Source: a virus (taxonomy: Duplodnaviria; Caudoviricetes). Taken from it: a DNA stretch of 64,000 bases. Positions 61,101 through 64,000 of the stretch are shown in pieces. Below the pieces are notes generated by a model. The model ran no database searches. It saw only the letters and a list, made by a program, of their open reading frames with translations, and was not told the DNA's origin. The stretch is taken from IMG/VR virus record IMGVR_UViG_3300020048_000088, positions 17,314 to 81,313 of that record. One strand, given 5' to 3'. Each line of letters opens with the position of its first letter. Position 1 is the first letter of the stretch. The position numbers and the translations under genes were made by a program.

Positions 61101-64000
61101 ATGAGCGACGACACGGCGAAGGCGAGCCAAAAGGCACAGGAAGCCCGACAGGAGGCTTTCGACGCCACGATGAAGGGTCTAGACGCGGAGGCGAAGAGGC
61201 TTGAGGAGCAGATGCGCCAGCGACGGGATGGAACGACTGAGGAGACCCTGGCCGCGGCTACCCGCATGGCCCTGGCCCGTCAAGACCTGATGACCATGCA
61301 CCAGCTGAGCCGAGCCAACATGCAGCTTGGCAAGGATCGGATTCTGTCGGCCCGGGCAGCGCTCGGGACCTCGGGCGCTGACGTGGCGCAAGCTGCGTAC
61401 CTGGACAAAAAGTTGGCGGAGCTGCGCGGGCGCGTGGCTGACACGGTGATTGACCAGGTCAGGGTGGAGGCTGAGTTTGAGGAAAATGTTCGCAGGGTGA
61501 AGAACCTTGCTGTCAAGGATGCGTTGGAGGCGGCAGCCGCGGCGAAAGCTTCCAGGGACTTGCTTACAGGGGGGCAGAAGTTCGATGATGCGGGGGCGAA
61601 GGCTGCTGCCGAAGCCGCAGCCCTTGGACTCAAAGAGAGCACCAATGGGCTTACCAGCGAGATCAAGCTCCTCAAGATCGAGCAGGACAATGCCGACAAG
61701 TCGTTTGCCAACACCGACGCGATCAACAAGCGTAATTCGGGCGTTCGCGGGTTTGCCACGGAACTGGAGTCGGCGGCCACCAAAGTGGCGGCACTCGCCA
61801 AAGCTGAGTCTCAGTACCTCATTGACGTCAAGACCGCAGAGCGGGACGCATTCAGGATCACTGGCGACGCTAAGTCCACGCCTCAGGCGATCAGTCAGGC
61901 GAAGGAGGACTTGGAGGATGCCAAGAAGGCCCTCGGGGTCAAGCGCGACACTGCGAAGGCTGCTGCGGAAATCGGTGAGGCTGACGCCTACCGGGTACGC
62001 GTCGGAAAAATTGCGTTGGACATCGCCAACTCCGAGAAGGCTGCGCGCACCGAAGAAGAAGCGGCCTACCAAGACATCGTGAAGCTGAACGAGGCGCGTA
62101 ACGACCTCGCCAATATCGGTCGGAACATTTCGGTGGAGCAGGCAGCGCAGGCCCGCAAGACGGCGGAGATCACGGCGGCCGATCATGAGTACACACTGGC
62201 GGTGCAGGAAGCCCAAATTGCCAACCAGCTTGAGATAAACAGATTGCTGGCGAGTGGCAGCACAGACCTCAGCTACGGGTGGGATCAGTCGTTTAAAAAG
62301 TACGACGAGGCCGTAGCTGTTGCACTTCGCAAGCGCAACACAGCTATGGCGACCGCCGACGTCAAGGCGGCCACCACAACCAAAAACGAATTCCAGAGGG
62401 TGTTCGATGCTACCAGCAGCGTGCTGGCCGACGCCTTGATGACCGGCGGCTCCGAGGGCGCAAAAAAGGTCGGTGACTACCTGCGCGAGGAGCTGCTGCG
62501 TAAACCCTTCCGCGTGATCATTCAGGCGGTCATGAGCCCGATCACTGGCGCCATCACCGACATGATTCAGGGAGTGGGTGGCGCTGCCGGTGGCGGCGGA
62601 GGCAACCTGATGGGTGTGGCTTCGTCGCTCAGCAACCTCTACAACATGGTGTCTGGTGGACTTAACGCTGGCCTCCAGGGCGGAGCTCAGCTGGCGAAAC
62701 TTGTGGGGGAGGGCGCCATTTTCGCAGGCAACTCCACCGTGGCAGGGTTTGCGGGCGGCATGATGAGCACCTCATCAATGGCTTCTGCCACAGCTGCGGC
62801 ACAGGCTGGCGGCGCGCAGGCGGCAGGCTTGATCGCGGGGACCTTCGGCAACGCCATGGCGGGGTACACCCTGTCCAAAATGATCTCCGGCGGGTACCAG
62901 GTGAACTCGACCATGAACAAGATCGGCGCCATCGCCAGCATGATCCCGGGCGTCGGGCCAATCGCAGGGGTGATCACAGGCTTGATCAATCGCGCCTTTG
63001 GCCGTGGCCCTACACAGCTTACATCCAGTGGGACACGGGGCACCTTCAGCGGTGAAGAGTTTGCGGGCAGCAATTACGCAAATTACAAGAAAGAGGGCGG
63101 CTGGCTCCGCTCTGACAAGAATTGGACGGACATCACCGCCATGAACGCAGACGTGCAAAAGGCATGGTCTGGTGCGTTTGCGGGAGTTAAGGGCAGCGTA
63201 GCCAGCATGGCGGAGTCTCTGGGCCTGTCCACTGACAAAATACTCAGCTACAGCAAATACGTTGACATCGCCGCCGGCACCACCGAAGAGCAGCTGACCG
63301 CCATCTTCACGGGCATGGCCGACGAAATGGCCCGCACGGTGCTGGGCACCACCCAGACCGTGACTACCACCACCAAGAGCGCTTTAGGCGCGTTGTTCGC
63401 ATCGCTCAGCGCCGGGGCGTCGACGGCGGCGGCGGGGCTTTTGGGGTCTTTGTTTAAAGCGCTTGGTGACAAAACCACCACCACAACCACTTTCGCGCCC
63501 AGCGCGTTTATCCGCGAGGGTGAAACCGCCATCGCCGCGCTTGAGCGTCTGAGCAGCAGCCTGCAAGCCGCTAACTTCTGGATGGGCGTGCTCAGCCAAA
63601 CCGCATTCGACGTCAGCTTGGTGGGCGGTGACGCTGCCAGCAAACTGGCCGATGCCTTTGGCGGTCTCGAGAACATGGCCAACGCCAGCAAGGCGTATTA
63701 CGACCTGTTCTGGACGGACGCAGAGCGCCTGGAAGACACCGCCGTCAACGTGGCCAAGGGTCTGGCGCTGGTGGGCGTGGCCATGCCCACTACCAAGGAC
63801 GCATTCCGCGACGTGGTAAGCGCCCTCGACCTCACCACCGACGCGGGCAGGAACGCTTACGCCGTGATGCTCGCGCTCGCACCGGAGTTTGCGACAGTCG
63901 CAGATGCGGCTGCAGCTTCGGCCAACAGCTTTTTTGATACCCTCACCAAGCGGTTTGACGACCTGCAGAAAAGCATTGCCAGCGAGCGCGATGCCGTGGC
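58110..64000 (+). CDS. Tail tape measure protein (runs off window)
   Basis: ATG 58110; TP901-type core near 59.85-60.65 kb (LALAGLDA..GIRGSAAGTAMRQM); absent from the ORF track because no stop in window. Confidence 0.9.
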   Translation, partial: MSEPLLSPGVDPKDVVSGVKVIEEQANKMVGAAGKMSKAFDDFGAGLGKKARPGLDALKASMVGTVSELVNQVQHLATENDKLARELARSTLEVEKLVKARVAHTKKASADIVSVVEGEALALRKIYTEMQTDQAGFATGSSATWAGLVANQRSASAAYLVEVNRLRVAVKAEYMAMELDAAQVRLAAPARAGALRETSGGSLSQAVGAGGNKAFIDSLIAESEMIKYGYEKAFFATKEGSALVLSAMNAYYTQMDMDVRLNTTKLVESVMGSAAKMAEAEKLRLQNFMLRAAEAKTAYDMDMAALRTYFKEKEASALAHAAKMAEAEKLRLQNFMLRAAEAKTAYDMDMAALRTYFKEKEASALAHAAKMAEAEKLRLQNFMLRAAEAKTAYDMDMAALRTYFKEKEASALAHAAKMAEAEKLRLQNFMLRAAEAKTAYDMDMAALRTYFKEKEASALAHAAKMAEAEKLRLSNFMLRKAEAKTAYDMDMAAMRTYYTEQESTALASTKALGSTHVDGVAKADKFRKANSELNATMRDGHSAARGLASGFNAMWLTWGNIIPLMAGAAVSNALVKSVKAGAEFENTLRTLGELSEATAADLQMLTKEALSVGSVGRFGPQEVAEALKTLALAGLDAREQMTALKPVLNFSVVGEMNLKDAAEGLTAISTAFGYTSTGFSTVGDVVAKAAAVSMSSVTDMTQAFRLASTVAQQFGVSITDASTTLALLAQVGIRGSAAGTAMRQMYNELIGSSERAKKVIRETLDVSIIDNQTRSVKTLSVILGELSGALSKYTYEAQLNILQAMGNERGTKALSAGLTAMVTKARETGGDLKTIFQDIQEQLADAPGFVAMASIGMALTAQNQIKSVGNAMQAALIEAFQAAQPSILLVTSALRDALNSDEFKGALKSLVEGLADFVGFITRNIGVISSIATGLAVGTGAMAVFRIAVAAATVVLPPLGVAIGALAAGSLPSLAAVAAAFWPITLAAAAVGAAMWLMSDDTAKASQKAQEARQEAFDATMKGLDAEAKRLEEQMRQRRDGTTEETLAAATRMALARQDLMTMHQLSRANMQLGKDRILSARAALGTSGADVAQAAYLDKKLAELRGRVADTVIDQVRVEAEFEENVRRVKNLAVKDALEAAAAAKASRDLLTGGQKFDDAGAKAAAEAAALGLKESTNGLTSEIKLLKIEQDNADKSFANTDAINKRNSGVRGFATELESAATKVAALAKAESQYLIDVKTAERDAFRITGDAKSTPQAISQAKEDLEDAKKALGVKRDTAKAAAEIGEADAYRVRVGKIALDIANSEKAARTEEEAAYQDIVKLNEARNDLANIGRNISVEQAAQARKTAEITAADHEYTLAVQEAQIANQLEINRLLASGSTDLSYGWDQSFKKYDEAVAVALRKRNTAMATADVKAATTTKNEFQRVFDATSSVLADALMTGGSEGAKKVGDYLREELLRKPFRVIIQAVMSPITGAITDMIQGVGGAAGGGGGNLMGVASSLSNLYNMVSGGLNAGLQGGAQLAKLVGEGAIFAGNSTVAGFAGGMMSTSSMASATAAAQAGGAQAAGLIAGTFGNAMAGYTLSKMISGGYQVNSTMNKIGAIASMIPGVGPIAGVITGLINRAFGRGPTQLTSSGTRGTFSGEEFAGSNYANYKKEGGWLRSDKNWTDITAMNADVQKAWSGAFAGVKGSVASMAESLGLSTDKILSYSKYVDIAAGTTEEQLTAIFTGMADEMARTVLGTTQTVTTTTKSALGALFASLSAGASTAAAGLLGSLFKALGDKTTTTTTFAPSAFIREGETAIAALERLSSSLQAANFWMGVLSQTAFDVSLVGGDAASKLADAFGGLENMANASKAYYDLFWTDAERLEDTAVNVAKGLALVGVAMPTTKDAFRDVVSALDLTTDAGRNAYAVMLALAPEFATVADAAAASANSFFDTLTKRFDDLQKSIASERDAV
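58929..59633 (+). repeat. 141-bp (47-aa) tandem repeat: four identical copies plus one diverged copy
   Basis: Units start at 58929, 59070, 59211, 59352, 59493; peptide AAKMAEAEKLRLQNFMLRAAEAKTAYDMDMAALRTYFKEKEASALAH. Confidence 0.95.

Noticed and set aside
1-64000. Prophage/temperate call
   Set aside because: No integrase, CI-Cro pair, att site or host genes in the window; lifestyle cannot be settled from this segment.

Overview
A 64-kb segment of a high-GC, long-tailed (siphovirus-type) dsDNA phage genome. The host is probably a betaproteobacterium (inference from small-ORF styles and codon bias). Two divergent arms meet at about 45.1-45.3 kb. The minus-strand arm, in transcription order from 45 kb to 1, holds: (i) a compositionally anomalous zone at 43.0-45.1 kb with hairpin arrays, a structured non-coding stretch and a very Ala-rich protein gene; (ii) about 60 small early ORFs at 21.4-42.3 kb, many preceded by one repeated hairpin + TTTGGAGT leader cassette; (iii) a replication/recombination/nucleotide module (ATP-dependent ligase, SNF2-like helicase, AEP primase-helicase, DnaQ-like exonuclease, MazG-like and dATP/dGTP diphosphohydrolases, TraR/DksA-like factor, full-length Pol I-type polymerase, C5 cytosine methyltransferase apparently split over two overlapping frames, HNH endonucleases, RecU/D14-like resolvase, SbcD, ThyA, SbcC, probable RdgC). 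The plus-strand arm (45.3-64 kb) is morphogenesis: HTH protein, HNH, TerS, lambda-gpA-type TerL, portal, S49 protease with a nested scaffold, decoration protein, major capsid, neck proteins, tail tube, G/GT chaperones with a -1 slippery site, and a tape measure gene that runs off the window and contains four identical 141-bp repeats. I found no tRNA, rRNA, CRISPR array, integrase or repressor. Family names come from motif recognition by eye and need HMM confirmation.
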